DNA of 64,000 nt from Malacoraja senta. Lineage: Eukaryota. The notes under the pieces were generated by a model. It did no database searches. It worked only from the letters and a program-made list of their open reading frames with translations, and was not told the DNA's origin. The translations under genes and the position numbers were made by a program. Each line of letters starts with the position of its first letter. Positions within the stretch are counted from its first letter, which is position 1. Below, one piece after another: positions 38,760 to 51,033 of the stretch. The stretch covers positions 10,106,001 to 10,170,000 of the forward strand of contig CM075990.1 of NCBI GenBank assembly GCA_038087875.1. The letters are read 5' to 3'.

Positions 38760-38892
38760 GTCTGATGAAGGGTCTTGACCTGAAACGCCACCTATTCTTT
38801 TTCTCCCGAGATGCTGTCTGACCTGCTGAGTTACACCAGCTTTTTGTATCTATCTTCTGTTTCAACCAGCATCTTCAGTTCCTTCCTACACA
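38760..38892 (+). mobile_element. Hammerhead-family single arm with canonical CUGAUGA
   Basis: ctgatgaagggtcttgacctgaaacgcc. Confidence 0.72.
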
Positions 38893-39147
38893 CTTGGAGT
38901 TCTCCCTGTGAGATCTGAGATCGCTTCTGGATGATCCATTTTTCTAACACACTCCATACTGTTAGGTTGAATGGCGAGTATAAAGAACTCCTTAGTGTGT
39001 AACTAGATAATGACAGTATGAAATGGTTGTCAGGCATACGAGAGGCTAAATTGCAAGGATATTGGGAAATAAGACAAGTGGAAAGGGGATTAAGGGAAGG
39101 GATCTACTGAGAGACAGCATGTACCTGATGGGCTGAATGGCCTCCTA

Positions 39148-39281
39148 TGTGTAGAAAGGAACTGCAGATGCTGGTATATAACGAAGATGGACACAATGTG
39201 TTGGAGTAACTCAGTGGTTCAGACAGCATCTCTGAAGAAAAAGGATGGATGACGTTTTGGGTTGGGTCCCTTCCTTAGACT
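39148..39281 (-). mobile_element. Hammerhead-family single arm, diverged
   Basis: gtgtagaaaggaactgcagatgctgg..tgacgttttgggttgggtcccttccttagac. Confidence 0.68.
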
Positions 39282-39470
39282 CAAGCCTAAGACCTTTGTC
39301 TATGTAAGTTGAAAACCTCAGAAACGAAACATCCAGTAAATACTGATTAATCATGACACATGGTGCTGTAATTATATTGTTCAGTGGAGTAACGTATCAC
39401 AAAGAGCATCTCAGATTGAAAAGGACAAAAGGAATTAAATCCGCCGGGTGTGAAATAAGCTAAAGTTCAC

Positions 39471-39506
39471 CTTCTCTCCAGGTGGTCCAGTCTTCCCTGG
39501 CTCTCC
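39471..39506 (-). CDS. COL13A1: Collagen exon, 36 nt: GEPGKTGPPGEK
   Basis: Acceptor gacacag, donor gtgaac, Gly-X-Y. Confidence 0.88.
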
Positions 39507-39608
39507 CTGTGTCCAAGATAAATGCACGAGAGGAAGACAAGTCAGAAATGAATAGAGACAAGCGAACAAGGGTAATTGGGTTTAATGTCGTGTTGCACCG
39601 CGACTAAC

Positions 39609-39641
39609 CTTTAACACAGGAACAGTTGAAAGAAATGCACC
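39609..39641 (-). CDS. COL13A1: 33-nt interruption exon: GAFLSTVPVLK
   Basis: Acceptor ccttcaatcaatag, donor aag|gttagt; same length and position as the mammalian GAPGIAVAGMK segment but internal Gly lost. Confidence 0.65.
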
Positions 39642-39861
39642 CTATTGATTGAAGGCAGATAATAGTTTGGAGTTAGATATCAGTGGAAAGTATAATTAGA
39701 GATAAAGGTGAATGAATTACAGAAATAGTAGCAGATCATTTGGGCACACAATCTTTGCTGGAAGTTTAGTCAAATATTTAGCTTCACTATAAATGTATCT
39801 CTATAAATGCAGAAACAAAGAACTGCTGATTTTGGTTTATACACAAAGTACTGGAGTAACT

Positions 39862-39995
39862 CACACTAGGAACAATTAGCTAAGGCCAATTAATCTGCAA
39901 ACCCGAATGTCTTTGTGATGTGGGAGGAAACCAGAGCACTTGGAGGAATGCAAAGTCAGTGCCTAAGGTCTCTGGTGCCGTGATGCCACTGTGCT
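39862..39995 (-). mobile_element. V-SINE fragment
   Basis: gccaattaa..tgtgggaggaaaccagagca motif. Confidence 0.55.
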
Positions 39996-40436
39996 CTTAA
40001 GCCTTTGAAAAATAATGCACATTTTTGTAAAAAATACTGAAAAATATGATTCTTTAACAATCAGCACAGATCTAAACTTGAATGGAAGATAGGAGTTGCA
40101 CTTGATTGGTGAATGTACCTAACACTGGCATAGGATCCTTGACCTAAAATCAGCTATACTGGCAGAAAGAAACAAACTCCCTCCAAGGATCATCTGCATA
40201 TTTTTGAACATCTACTTACAATTTCCCCAAACATTTGGAAATAGTACAAGGAATACAATAGCCTGCTTGTAGCTACTATAATTTTTAAAAGGGTGCACTG
40301 GGTTAATAAAAGGAAGAGGCTTTTGCTTCAAAATGCTTTTCCAACATTTTGATGTGTATGCATTCGTGTCTGCTGTCGTGGGTGATGCAAACAAGGAGGC
40401 TAAAGGAGGATGAGGCAGTGTGTGGAGATGGAATAC

Positions 40437-40481
40437 CTTTGTTCCAGGTTTTCCTGGGATACCAGGTCTTCCAAATTCTCC
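40437..40481 (-). CDS. COL13A1: Collagen exon, 45 nt: GEFGRPGIPGKPGTK
   Basis: Acceptor tcttcttag, donor gtattc; resembles mammalian GERGMPGMPGKHGAK. Confidence 0.9.
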
Positions 40482-41534
40482 CTAAGAAGACAGGAAAGTA
40501 AAAACATATACAATTTAAACAGAAAGAATTAAGAAGAAATATTGTCACTTCTATTCCAAGGAAGGATGGGAATGAGGAGAGACAGAGATAGGAAACAGGA
40601 TAGGATAGGATGGTAGGAATAATAAAAAGGGGATACATTGTTCTAGTTTTGTAATTAAGCTGAGAATTCACATATACTCCTCATTTCAATTTATTGCCAC
40701 TGAACCTAACAGTGACTGCTGATGATAATGATGTAGTCAATTTTTGACCTATTTACTAACAATGCCAAATGCCAATTAGTCTCAAGCGTGCAAGTGTGTT
40801 AAGATTAAGTTTCAAATTAGCTTCTCAGAATCCGGTCCAAGGGTCCAATATCATCAATCAGTGAAATGAATCAGCAAACTAGTTATCTGAGGCTCTGCTT
40901 ATGACTGGAGATTTCACAGAGTGTGACTCGAGTTTATTTAACCAAATGTAACATCAATATTTTGCACCACAGACAGACCAAGAGTAGTACAATCAGTTTC
41001 AGTCATAGCAATATGAATACAGTCTTAGCTACAGTATCTCTATTGAATGCTTGTATAACTGTTTTACAGGCAAAATAACTCAATAAACTTCAGAAATAAA
41101 AGTGTTGGTTGTGCTACACTCTGGGATGCCTGAGTATGTGCAAAAAAATATATCTTTCCTTGTCTTCACACTTAAGGCTTCTTACTTTTACCTCGAGTCA
41201 AATTTTTATTTTAGTTTGATTTGACAATTATTCATGTTGCCGACCTGATCTCAGACATTAAATCTTGAGTATTTTTATTGCTTCCACTAATCTCACTGTA
41301 ACTAGCAAGACTAATCAACGCAGCAGCACGCACAACCCAAATCCCCTCAGTCCTCTAGAGCTCACTCAGCGCTTTCCAGCAGCAATCACTGGGACCAGGA
41401 AACTGTCTGGTATTGTATTCCCTAGGCTTGAGGTGCTGCCAAACTGATGTTGCTCCTCCAGAGATCAGACACAGTCAGTCACACCCAGGAAATTCATGAG
41501 TTGTGCGACTAATATCAGTTGTCTTATGCAGTTG

Positions 41535-41980
41535 AAAGTCTGGGTACCCCATTTCCAGCTGGAGAAGGGGATACTGCAACTCAAGATAAATATTAGATAT
41601 GTTTCCTCCAGCTGAACACTGGGCATCACATCTCAAGATGAACAGGCCTCTGCAAAAATAGGTAATTAACCTCCATTTCTGCAGGTGAGATAAATCACCT
41701 TGAGATGAGCAGTGGATACCCATCTCCAGGTACTCCCTCACGCTGAACATTCAGACACATCATTGCTTTCTCAACTAAGTGCAGAGGCCACCTTCAGCTC
41801 CACATGAGACACCTCACCTCCAGGTGAATAGGTCGGTACTATATTGTCACTTGAACAAGTCGGATATCTAATCTCCAGCTCTGCAACTTGGGTATCCACC
41901 TTCAACTCTACAAGTGGGCTCCCCCACCTGTAGCACACAAGCACCAGTTAATGACGCATGGATCTCATCTCTAGCTAAAA
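41535..41980. repeat. Degenerate ~26-27-bp minisatellite, unit about GGRTACCCCATCTCCAGCT
   Basis: Recurrent variants near 41541, 41595, 41712, 41808, 41860, 41889 and 41958. Confidence 0.5.
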
Positions 41981-43031
41981 GCAAGCTACCCTTACTTCTA
42001 CCATAGGAGTGAGATAACCCGTTGCTGGCTGTGTGTCAGGAACACTTTCTCCTTCCTTCAAACTTTCTTCACAGCTGCTATCAGGCAACTGAACCATCCT
42101 ACCACAATCAGAGAGCAGTCCTGAACTTCTATCTACCTCATTAGTAACCTCGGACTATCCTTAATTGGGCTTTGCTAGCTTTATTCATTCATTCATTCCT
42201 TTGTTACCTGGCACTAAACATTATTCCTTATCATGTATCTACACGCTATAAATGGCTAGATTTGTAATCATAAATTGTCTTTCCGCTGACTGGATAGTAT
42301 GCAACAAAAGCTTTTCACTGTACATGTAACAATAAACCAAAATGCAAAACTGAGATATCACTGAGAGTGTGATTTGAGTCCAATATATAGATGAAACAGC
42401 ACTCACTACATAACGACACTGTGTTCATACATATTATAAATCCTTAAGTAACAACTGACTCTACAATGTGGTGGTGCAATCTGAAAATTATTTTGTTTAT
42501 AAATACTGCCACTAAAATGCTTGAACTTTAATCTTCAGACTACTGTTGCTCATCATTTATCAAGACTAAAATGTCACTACAAACAAAACATGACAATTTT
42601 CCACTCTTAAAATGGAAGAATGATTACTGACTGATTACATGCATAAATATTTAAAAGAATACCGAGTTGGAACATGCCCACATCTTATTAGCCAGAGTTG
42701 CTGCCACATACTCTTACTGTTAACTCTACCTCATTTAGTTATTCCGTTATTGCACTTGAGTATTTCTTTGCAGTACTTCAGAAAGAACTACATTTTTGCA
42801 TCATTCTGCAATTATTTTATTCATTGTTAGAACAGTAAATCACAGAAACAGGCCCTTTGACCCATAATGTTGTATATATCACTATCATGCATACTGCATA
42901 CAAAGAATTTCATTGCATCCTGCTGTATATAACAACAATAAACTTATCTGAATGTGAATGCCATATGCCCGCACTTGGTCTGCAGCCTAATATGCCTTCA
43001 GGTATTTGTCCAGATGCTTCTTAAATGTTGA

Positions 43032-43227
43032 AACAAGGAATTGCAGACGTTGGTTTACAAAAAAAGACACAAAGTACTGGAGTAACTCGGTGAGTCAGGC
43101 AGCATCTCTGGAGAACGTTGATAGGTGGCATTTGGTTCAGGACCCTTTTTCATACTGATTGTGGTGGGGGAGGGGGATAAAATGGAACTTGTACTGGCAA
43201 GTTCCTCCAGCACTTTGTGTCTTTGTT
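43032..43227. mobile_element. Hammerhead-family element, partial hairpin, 17-bp TSD
   Basis: TGCTTCTTAAATGTTGA at 43015-43031 and 43228-43244. Confidence 0.8.
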
Positions 43228-43371
43228 TGCTTCTTAAATGTTGAGTACCTGCTTCCACCATTCCCTCACTTAAAATACATTCAACGTCATTCTTGAGAAT
43301 ATTTCAATAATCAACAGAATTAATACTTTATTTTGTATTATTCAAAATTAAAGAAAAATTGTGTTGCAAGA

Positions 43372-44880
43372 TTTCTTTATTTTTCATTTTTATTTTTTTA
43401 AATATTTTAATTTTATTAGAAGCAAGTACAATCATATGGCACCAACGTGCCTAATATATATTGACATAATACATTTTATGTACAGCTTCTTATTTTTTAA
43501 AATTATAATAAAGAAAAAGAAAAAGAAAGTAGATAATAAAAGATAGAAAAACATGAGATATATAGTGTGTGAAAAAGAAAAAAAAGAGTGAAAGAAGAAA
43601 ATTGAAGAAAAGAAAATAGAAAAAAGAGAGTAGAAAATAAAAAAAGAAAAGTAAGGAGATCATTATTTATAATCTTGACCATCCCTCACCCAGTCCTGGA
43701 ACAGTTAGCTTCTACAATTGTGTTGCACCATATGATTCCAAAAAGATGACAAATGGAGACCAACTCGTTAAGAATTGGTCTGATTTATCTATTAGGAGGA
43801 ATTGCATTTCCTCAAGATGTGCGGTGTCCAACATGCTTGAAATCCACATTTTAAGCGTTGGTATTGGTGTATTTTTCCAGAATTTAAGTATTAGTTTTTT
43901 TGCTATTATTAAACCATAATTAAAAAATAAATGTTGAGATGAGTTCAATTTATTCCCATCTTCCATTACTCCAAATATAATCATTTCAGTATTAGGTTCC
44001 ATTCTTATCTTGAATCATTTTGTAAATATTTCAAAAATATCACTCCAAAATTTATAAAGTTTTATGCAGGAAACAAAAGAGTGTGTTATAGTTGCGTTTT
44101 GGGATAGACATTTATCACAAATGCGGGATATATTTGGATAACATTTATTCAATCTAGTTTTTGAATAATATAATCTATGTAAAATTTTTAATTGAATTAA
44201 ATTATGTCTTACATTAATCGAACATTTGTGTATATATATCAAATACTTTTCCCATGTAACCTTCGTAATTTTTATCATTAATTCCCGTTCCCACTCTTCT
44301 CTAAGTACCTCTGTCGATGGTAGGTCTATATTTAAAATACTATTATATAAATATGATATTAATTTCTGTGAGTCAGCCTTAATATTCATCGCTTCTCCCA
44401 GTAAATCAAAAGTTATTTTTTGATATCCTTGTATGTATTTCTTCATGAAATCGCAAATCTGAAGATATTTAAAATATTGGTTATTTTTCAGTTTAAATTT
44501 TAATTGTAATTGTTGGAATGATAATAGATTTCCCATTTCATACATATCACCGATCCTTTTAATTCCCATTCTTTCCCATTAGTTATATGTTTTATCAATA
44601 AGAGATGGTTTAAATAAAGGATTATTCGCTATTGGCATTAACAATGATAAATTTCTTAATGTTAGAGATAATTTTATTTGTTTCCAAATTCTTATTGTAT
44701 CGTGTATAATTGGGTTCTTATATATTGTGTTGTTGTTTTTTCGGGGAGAAGAGGATCGTTCCTATATTACAAGGAAAACAATCCTCTTTCTCCATTCTTA
44801 TCCATTCTGTCTGTTGGGCAGTGTTGCAAGATTTCAGTCGGTGCTATCATTATATTGAATTAACTAACGCAAAAAAATAT
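43372..44880 (-). mobile_element. 5'-truncated L1-clade LINE (ORF2 C-terminus, 3' UTR, A-rich tail)
   Basis: ORFs 44015..44569 and 43712..44002 contain QLKILHRLYY..CDKC..HSFVSC..FW (L1 Cys-rich domain); T-rich tail on plus near 43372-43400. Confidence 0.85.
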
Positions 44881-45376
44881 TATGGAGCCAGATGTTTGTA
44901 TTGGGTAGGCACCAGGGACAACAAATTGGATGTTCAGCTTCAAAGAATTGTCCATTTGGTGTCACCTTTGAGACAGGGAATTGTTCCACTATTGAACTAA
45001 AAGCTCTTTGGAACCAAGTGCTTTTAAATTGTGGTGTCCTTTCTCCCGAGGCATTGGCTCCTGACCACCAGGGGGCAGCACTGTTAACATGCTCAAAGGT
45101 CCACCACTTGTCCCACCAAGTCAGAGTGAGAGAAGGAAAACAGGTAGTCAATGAATTTGGACAACATGCCTGGATTGCAAGGAAGAGAGTGGCCAGGAAT
45201 AGGGTTGGAAACAGGAGGTTGGTCACAAAATAAGGGGATAATAAAATCCTTGAGAGTTGAGTTGAGCATTGGTGGGAAGGAGTTAAGATGATTGTAATCG
45301 GGTGCCGAATGGATATCAGAGTCGTGATTGTGGTGGTGTGAAGGGCCAGTGTGGGAGGGTTAGAGGTTGTTACTTT

Positions 45377-45670
45377 AGACTTCAGAGATACAGCGTTTAA
45401 ACAGGCCCTTCAGAACACCAATTCTGTGCCGACCACCGGTCGCCACGTACAGTACTATCCTACACACTCGGGACAATTTGTAATTTACAGAAGCCAATTA
45501 ACTACAAACCTGCACATCTTTGGAGTGTGGGAGGAAACCGGAGCACCCGGAGAAAACCCATGTGGTCACAGGGAGAACGTACAAACTCCATACAAACAGC
45601 ACCTGTAGTCAAGATCGAACCCGGGTCTCTGGCACTATAAGGCAGCAACTCTACCACTGCGCCACCGTGC
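45377..45670 (-). mobile_element. HE1-like V-SINE, full length
   Basis: Head, V-domain and tail as in other copies. Confidence 0.85.
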
Positions 45671-46665
45671 TGCACAGGTTGCTGCACAGCTTATGCATAT
45701 TTACAGTATATTGAGCTCCTTCACTAGATGGATGGTCAAATTTACATGAAGGAGGATGGCAGTCCATATGCTAGCCCTATCTGCCCAAGTCCAGAGCGCA
45801 TCTGAGATGCACCAGTATCTTTTCTCCAGCACGTCACAGCTCCACTGCTGTGCTAAATGATGAGTCCAGGAGCGGAGCTCAAGTTTGTCTCTGACTTCAG
45901 CCTTTCACCACATCCAGGCTCAAGTTCAAGAGGAGCTGAGCCACAAGCAGCGATAGCTGGCCATGCTGAAGATTAAACTGCATGATGCGGCCTGGCGACC
46001 ATTTTAGCCTTTGTGCTGCTGACTGGAAACCCAGTGATGCCTATAGCCTAAACTATCATTGTTGCTGCATCAAATTTACATAAGGGAAAGCTTTCATTTG
46101 TGCCCTGTTATTGCAGATTGTGCAAAAGACCTTGGGTAAATCGGTGACCTAGTTTAAGTCAGTAAGCTCTAAACAGACAGGGCCAGTGCTGATTTAGAAC
46201 CATTCTGGGAGATGGAGTCGATCAAGGTAAAAAACCAGTGATCTAAAAATCAATCACTTAATAGAACTCTCCTCCATACATTCATTTTAATTTACTGCTA
46301 ATCCCAATATAATAACTCACTTTCCTCCCTTTTAAAATACTCATAAAATTGACATGCTCATTATGGTAGTCTTGGTTTATACAAGGGAGCCAACAGGGAT
46401 GTGGAGAAACATAACTCTGTTTGACTGACTCGATTAACATTTTGATCAGATAACAGAGAACATTGGTGAAGGGAATGGAGTAGATTTTTTCTAGCTTTTC
46501 AGAAACCATTTGAAAAAAATCTCATGCAAAATGTTGGTTACAAAATTGAGGCCCTTGGAATTAACTATTCAGAGTTTTTAAGGAAATGGAGAGCAGGGGT
46601 ATACAGCTCTTTATTCAGACTTATACGATGCTCTTTCCACAAGGTAATAGAGCATTCACTGACTT

Positions 46666-46704
46666 TTATATTTATATTTATATATATATATATTATATAT
46701 ATAT
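46666..46704. repeat. (TA)n microsatellite
   Basis: Direct reading. Confidence 0.9.
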
Positions 46705-47040
46705 TAATGACGTAGCAAGATGTGCAATGCAAATGTTCTAAATTTGCAGATGACAGGAAGTGTCATGCGTAATGAGAAGGGTAGTAATACATTGCAAGAG
46801 AACTCTAAAAGGCTGAATGAATAGTCAGACTCGTGGCATCTAAACTGCAACACAGCGAAGCATGAAGTGATACGTGCAGACTGAAAAAGCAAGAGACAAG
46901 ATGGAGTAAATGGGACAGTTCAAAAGATGTGCGGTAAGAGAGAGTGGATGCGGCCATATTGAAAGAGTGGTTAGTAAAATATATGGACTCCTAGGATTCA
47001 TGTTGAGATATAGATAACAAAGCAAGAAGTTAATGTTGAA

Positions 47041-47138
47041 GATAGACACAAAAAGCTGGAGTAACTCAGCGGGTCAGACAGCATCTCTGGAGAAAAGGAA
47101 TAGATGACGTTTCGGGTCGAGACCCTTCTTCAGACTTT
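47041..47138 (-). mobile_element. Short hammerhead-core element, single arm, intact core at 47106-47133
   Basis: Minus strand CTGAAGAAGGGTCTCGACCCGAAACGTC; flanking TGTTGAA repeats at 47034-47040 and 47139-47145; sits inside a CR1 relic. Confidence 0.75.
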
Positions 47139-47176
47139 TGTTGAATCTGGTTTAGTCACAACTGGGATATAGTGTT

Positions 47177-47301
47177 TAAGAAAGAACTGCAGATGCTGGA
47201 AAAATCGAAGGTAGACAAAAATGATGGAGAAACTCAGCGGGTGAGGCAGCATTTATGGAGCGAAGGAATATGTGACGTTTCGGGTCGAGACCCTTCTTCG
47301 G
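47177..47301 (-). mobile_element. Short hammerhead-core element, single arm, 16-bp TSD
   Basis: ACTGGGATATAGTGTT at 47161-47176 and 47302-47317. Confidence 0.8.
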
Positions 47302-47976
47302 ACTGGGATATAGTGTTCAGTTCTGGTCACCTCATTTTAAAAAGAATATAAAAGCTTTGGAGAGGGTGTAGGAAAGATTTATTGGAATGGCTGCAGGGGT
47401 GAGTATCTCAGTTGCAAGTTTAGACTACAGAAGATGGAATGAGGAAGGCTGATAGATATTTCAAAGTGCTGCGACTGTTCACGAAGGGTGTCGATGGAGT
47501 ATTGAGAGCAAAACTGTTCCTATTCTCAGATGGTTCAAGGATCGGAACTGCAGGCTTAGAGTTTTGGGACACAAACAGAAGGAAGGCAGGAGGAAAAGTC
47601 TTTATTACGTGGAGAGCAGCGAAGGTCTCATCATTGGTGAGCATGGTGGAAATGGAGTAAATCCAAGGAAAAATAATTTCCAGGATTATGGGGAAAGTGG
47701 TGGACTGAGACTGGCAGGGTTGCTGCAAGAGGGCCTGGCAGAGACTCGCTGGATTGAACAGCATCCTCTGTGCCACAACATTACAAAATCAATGCGTCCT
47801 TCCAACACAATTCAAATTGACAGTTTTGCTCTTTATCTGAAGAAGATCAGACCCATCCGTAAGTATGATGAATGTAGCAGGGAGTGGTTGAGTAATTACT
47901 GCCTGCTTTTTTCCCTCAATTCCCTACTCATACCAGTAACACTAGGAAGCCTGATTCTTAATCATTCCTCGATAAC

Positions 47977-48937
47977 AATCAGCATGGGAGCACCTCAAGG
48001 CTGCGTGCTCAGCCCCCTGCTGTACTCACTCTATAATCATGACTGTGTAGCTCGACATAATGTGAACCTCATCAACAAGTTCGCCGACGACACCACTGTT
48101 GTGGGACGAATCACTGATGGTGACGAGTCAGAATATAGAAGTGAGATCGACTGATTGACCAAATGGTGCCAGCACAATAACCTGGCTCTCAACACCAACA
48201 ATACCAAGGAACTGATTGTGGACTTTCAAAGGGGTAAGATGGGGACCCACAATCCCGTTTATATCAACGGGACGATGATGGAAAGGGTCAAGAACTTCAA
48301 ATTCCTGGGCGTGCATATTTCTGAAGATCTTTCCTAGTCCCAGCACACTGATGCAATTATAAAGAAAGCACATCAGCGCCTCTACTTCCTGAGAAGATTA
48401 CTCTCTCAAACTTCTACAGGTGCACAGTAGAGAGCATACAGACTGGTTGCATCGTGGCTTGGTTCGACAACTTGAACTTCCAGAAGCGGAAAAGAATGCA
48501 GAAAGTTGTGACCACTGCCCAGTCCATCATCGGCCCTGATCTCCCCACCATCGAAGGGATCTATCGCAGTCGCTGCCTCAAAAAGGCTGTTAACATCATC
48601 AAGGACCCACACCATCCTGGCCACACACTCATCTCTCCGCTGCCATCGGGTAGAAGGTACAGGAGTCTGAAATCTGGTACATCCAGGTTCAGGAACAGCT
48701 ACTTCCCCACAGCCATCAGGCTATTAAACTCGCCATCAAACAAACTCTGAACTATAACAGCCTTTTGCACTTTATCTGTTTATTTATGTGTGTATATATA
48801 TGGTCTATGCTATATAGACACACTGAACTGTTCTGTATTTATGCTTACAATACTCTGTTGTGCTGCAGCAAGCAAGAATTTCATTGTCCTATCTGGGACA
48901 ATAAACTCTCTTGACTTGACTTGACTTGACTTGACTA
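47977..48937 (+). mobile_element. 5'-truncated Rex/Babar-like non-LTR retrotransposon, RT C-terminus, (CTTGA)n tail
   Basis: GAPQGCVLSPLLYSLY..KFADDTTVVG..KTKELIVDF-like..RFRNSYFPTAIRLLN; in-frame stops; tandem tail 48910-48936. Confidence 0.88.
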
Positions 48938-49791
48938 CTTAAGAGAGCAAAAGGAACCAGCAGATGGCACTCTTGGTGTATAAGCACAAATGCCAAGACC
49001 TCAAACTGCTACAGTCATCACTCATAATGTTCGCCCACAGGTATGTTCTATGCCAATGATTCAAGATCTGCTTTTTTTTCAGGAGTGACAGCTGACAAAT
49101 TCTAATGTTTTACCTTTCTGCATAAGAAGGCATGAGGTTTCTTTGGATTTGAATCCAGTTCAAGTATTTCAGATTAATGTCCAGGCTCAATGCTCGGGTA
49201 GTTCTTTCCGTTGCTATGTTATACAACCACCTGGACCTCTAAAGTGCGAATAACAAGAAGGGTAATTGCTATGTTTCCGTAATACCTGACAAAGCAAACA
49301 ACTCTCTCTGTCCAGGTGCAGGAACAGGTTTCTTTTAATTAAAGTTTACTGGTGTGCCAAAGAAAGCTAAGTGCAGATTCTATCTCTGACCAAAATCCCT
49401 GGTTGCACTTGCCACTGTGTGAACTTCACAATAGTTCACTCTTGGTCAATGTAAAGTTAATTACAGCAGGCAAGCAAAAGCATCGTAGGAATCACAGCTT
49501 AACCTCAGGCTAGAGGTAAATGCGATTGTATGGCGTGGGTTCAAATTTTCACCCTTATACCACTGGAAGAAACGAGGCATCATATAAGATGCTACCATGT
49601 ACTAGTGACCTCCCAGAAGACGAAACACTGAGATCATACAGCTTGGGGTGAGATTACTAATTCAAAGTTGCCACAAAGATGGAAATTCTCACTGAAGCAA
49701 CTACTGTATAAATCAGAAGTCAAAATCCATGCTACTCACCAATAATTTTATCTGCTCCAAGTACTTTCCAAGATTTGTATGCAGCATGTAT

Positions 49792-50024
49792 TAGTTTAGT
49801 TTAGCTTATTGTCACGTGTACTGAGGTACAGTGAAAATCTTTTACCTGCTAACCAGTCAGCAGAAAGACAATACATGATTACAATTGAGCCATTTACAAT
49901 GTACAGATACATGATAAAGGGAATAATGTGAAGAATGTTTAGTGCAAAATAAAGCCAGTAAAGTCTGATCAAAGATAGTCCGATAGTCTCCAATGAGTTA
50001 AATAGTGGTTCAGGACTGCTCTCT
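49792..50024 (-). mobile_element. LINE 3'-UTR fragment with (TAAAC)n tail; related copy on plus at about 42030-42340
   Basis: Shared ctttccgctgactgg..gcttttcactgtac..caataaac sequence in opposite orientations. Confidence 0.65.
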
Positions 50025-50910
50025 AATGTACGTTCTCCCTGTGACCTGCATGGGTTTTCTCCGAGATTCAGATTCAGATTCAACTTTATTGTCATTGTAC
50101 AGTGTACAGTACAGAGACAACGAAATGCAGTTAGCATCTCCCTAGAAGAGCGACATAAATATGAGCAATAAATAAATCTAATAAATCCTGGTGGGAGGAG
50201 TGTCGGTGGGGGGGGGGGGGGGGGTGATTGGCAGTCACCGAGGTACAGTGTTGAGTAGTGTAACAGCCGCAGGGAAGAAGCTGTTCCTGGACCTGCTGGT
50301 CCGGCAACGGAGAGACCTGTAGCGCCTCCCGGATGGTAGGAGGGTAAACAGTCTGTGGTTGGGGTGAGAGCAGTCCTTGGCGATGCTGAACGCCCTTCGC
50401 AGGCAACGCTTGCTTTGGACAGACTCAATGGAGGGGAGTGAGGAACCGGTGATGCGTTGGGCAATTTTCACCACCCTCTGCAGTGCTTTCCGGTCGGAGA
50501 CAGAGCAGTTGCCATACCATACTGTGATACAGTTGGTAAGGATGCTCTCGATGGTGCAGCGGTAGAAGTTCACCAGAATCTGAGGAGACAGATGGACCTT
50601 CTTTAGTCTCCTCAGGAAGAAGAAACACTGGTGAGCCTTCCTGACCAGAGTTGAGGTATTGTGGGTCCAAGGGAGGTCATCGGAGATGTTGACCCCCAGG
50701 AACCTGAACCTGAAGCTGGAAACACGTTCTTCGGTTTCCTCACACACTCCAAAGACGTACAAGTTTGTAGGTTAATTGGCTTGGTAAATGTAAACATTGT
50801 CTCCAGTGGGTGTAGGATAGTGTTCATGTGCGGGGATCGCTGGTCGGCGCAGATCCGGTGGGCCGAAAGGCCTGTTTCCATGCTGTATCTCTAAACCTAA
50901 GCCTAAACTA
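50025..50910 (+). mobile_element. 5'-truncated HE1-like V-SINE split by a LINE insertion (halves about 50025-50066 and 50728-50910)
   Basis: ..gggttttctccgagat | insertion | cttcggtttcct.. rejoins to the consensus of the intact copies. Confidence 0.8.
50063..50705 (-). mobile_element. 5'-truncated Rex/Babar-like LINE with (AATCTG)n tail, inserted in a V-SINE
   Basis: ORF 50235..50762 FLGVNISDDLPW..FYRCTIESILT..LPSGRRYRS..SFFPAAVTLLN. Confidence 0.88.
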
Positions 50911-50949
50911 GTCAGGGGGCTGGGTGTGAGATGAATTGGTGGGGGTTAG

Positions 50950-51033
50950 GCACAAAGTAACTCAGCGGTCAGGCAGTATCTCTGGAGAAAAGGCATAGGT
51001 GACGTTTCGAATCGGAACCCTTCTTCAGACTGA
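50950..51033 (-). mobile_element. Hammerhead-family single arm
   Basis: ggtgacgtttcgaatcggaacccttcttcagactga. Confidence 0.68.

Larger units (their letters stand above)
46450..47420 (+). mobile_element. CR1 LINE RT relic hosting two hammerhead-family insertions
   Basis: aaatttgcagatgac (KFADD) and cagttctggtcacctcat motifs. Confidence 0.65.

Noticed and set aside
46321-46356. ..ILKGRK followed by a strong gtgagt donor, reminiscent of YHGRK
   Set aside because: No credible acceptor (GAG, no pyrimidine tract) and no Gly-X-Y.
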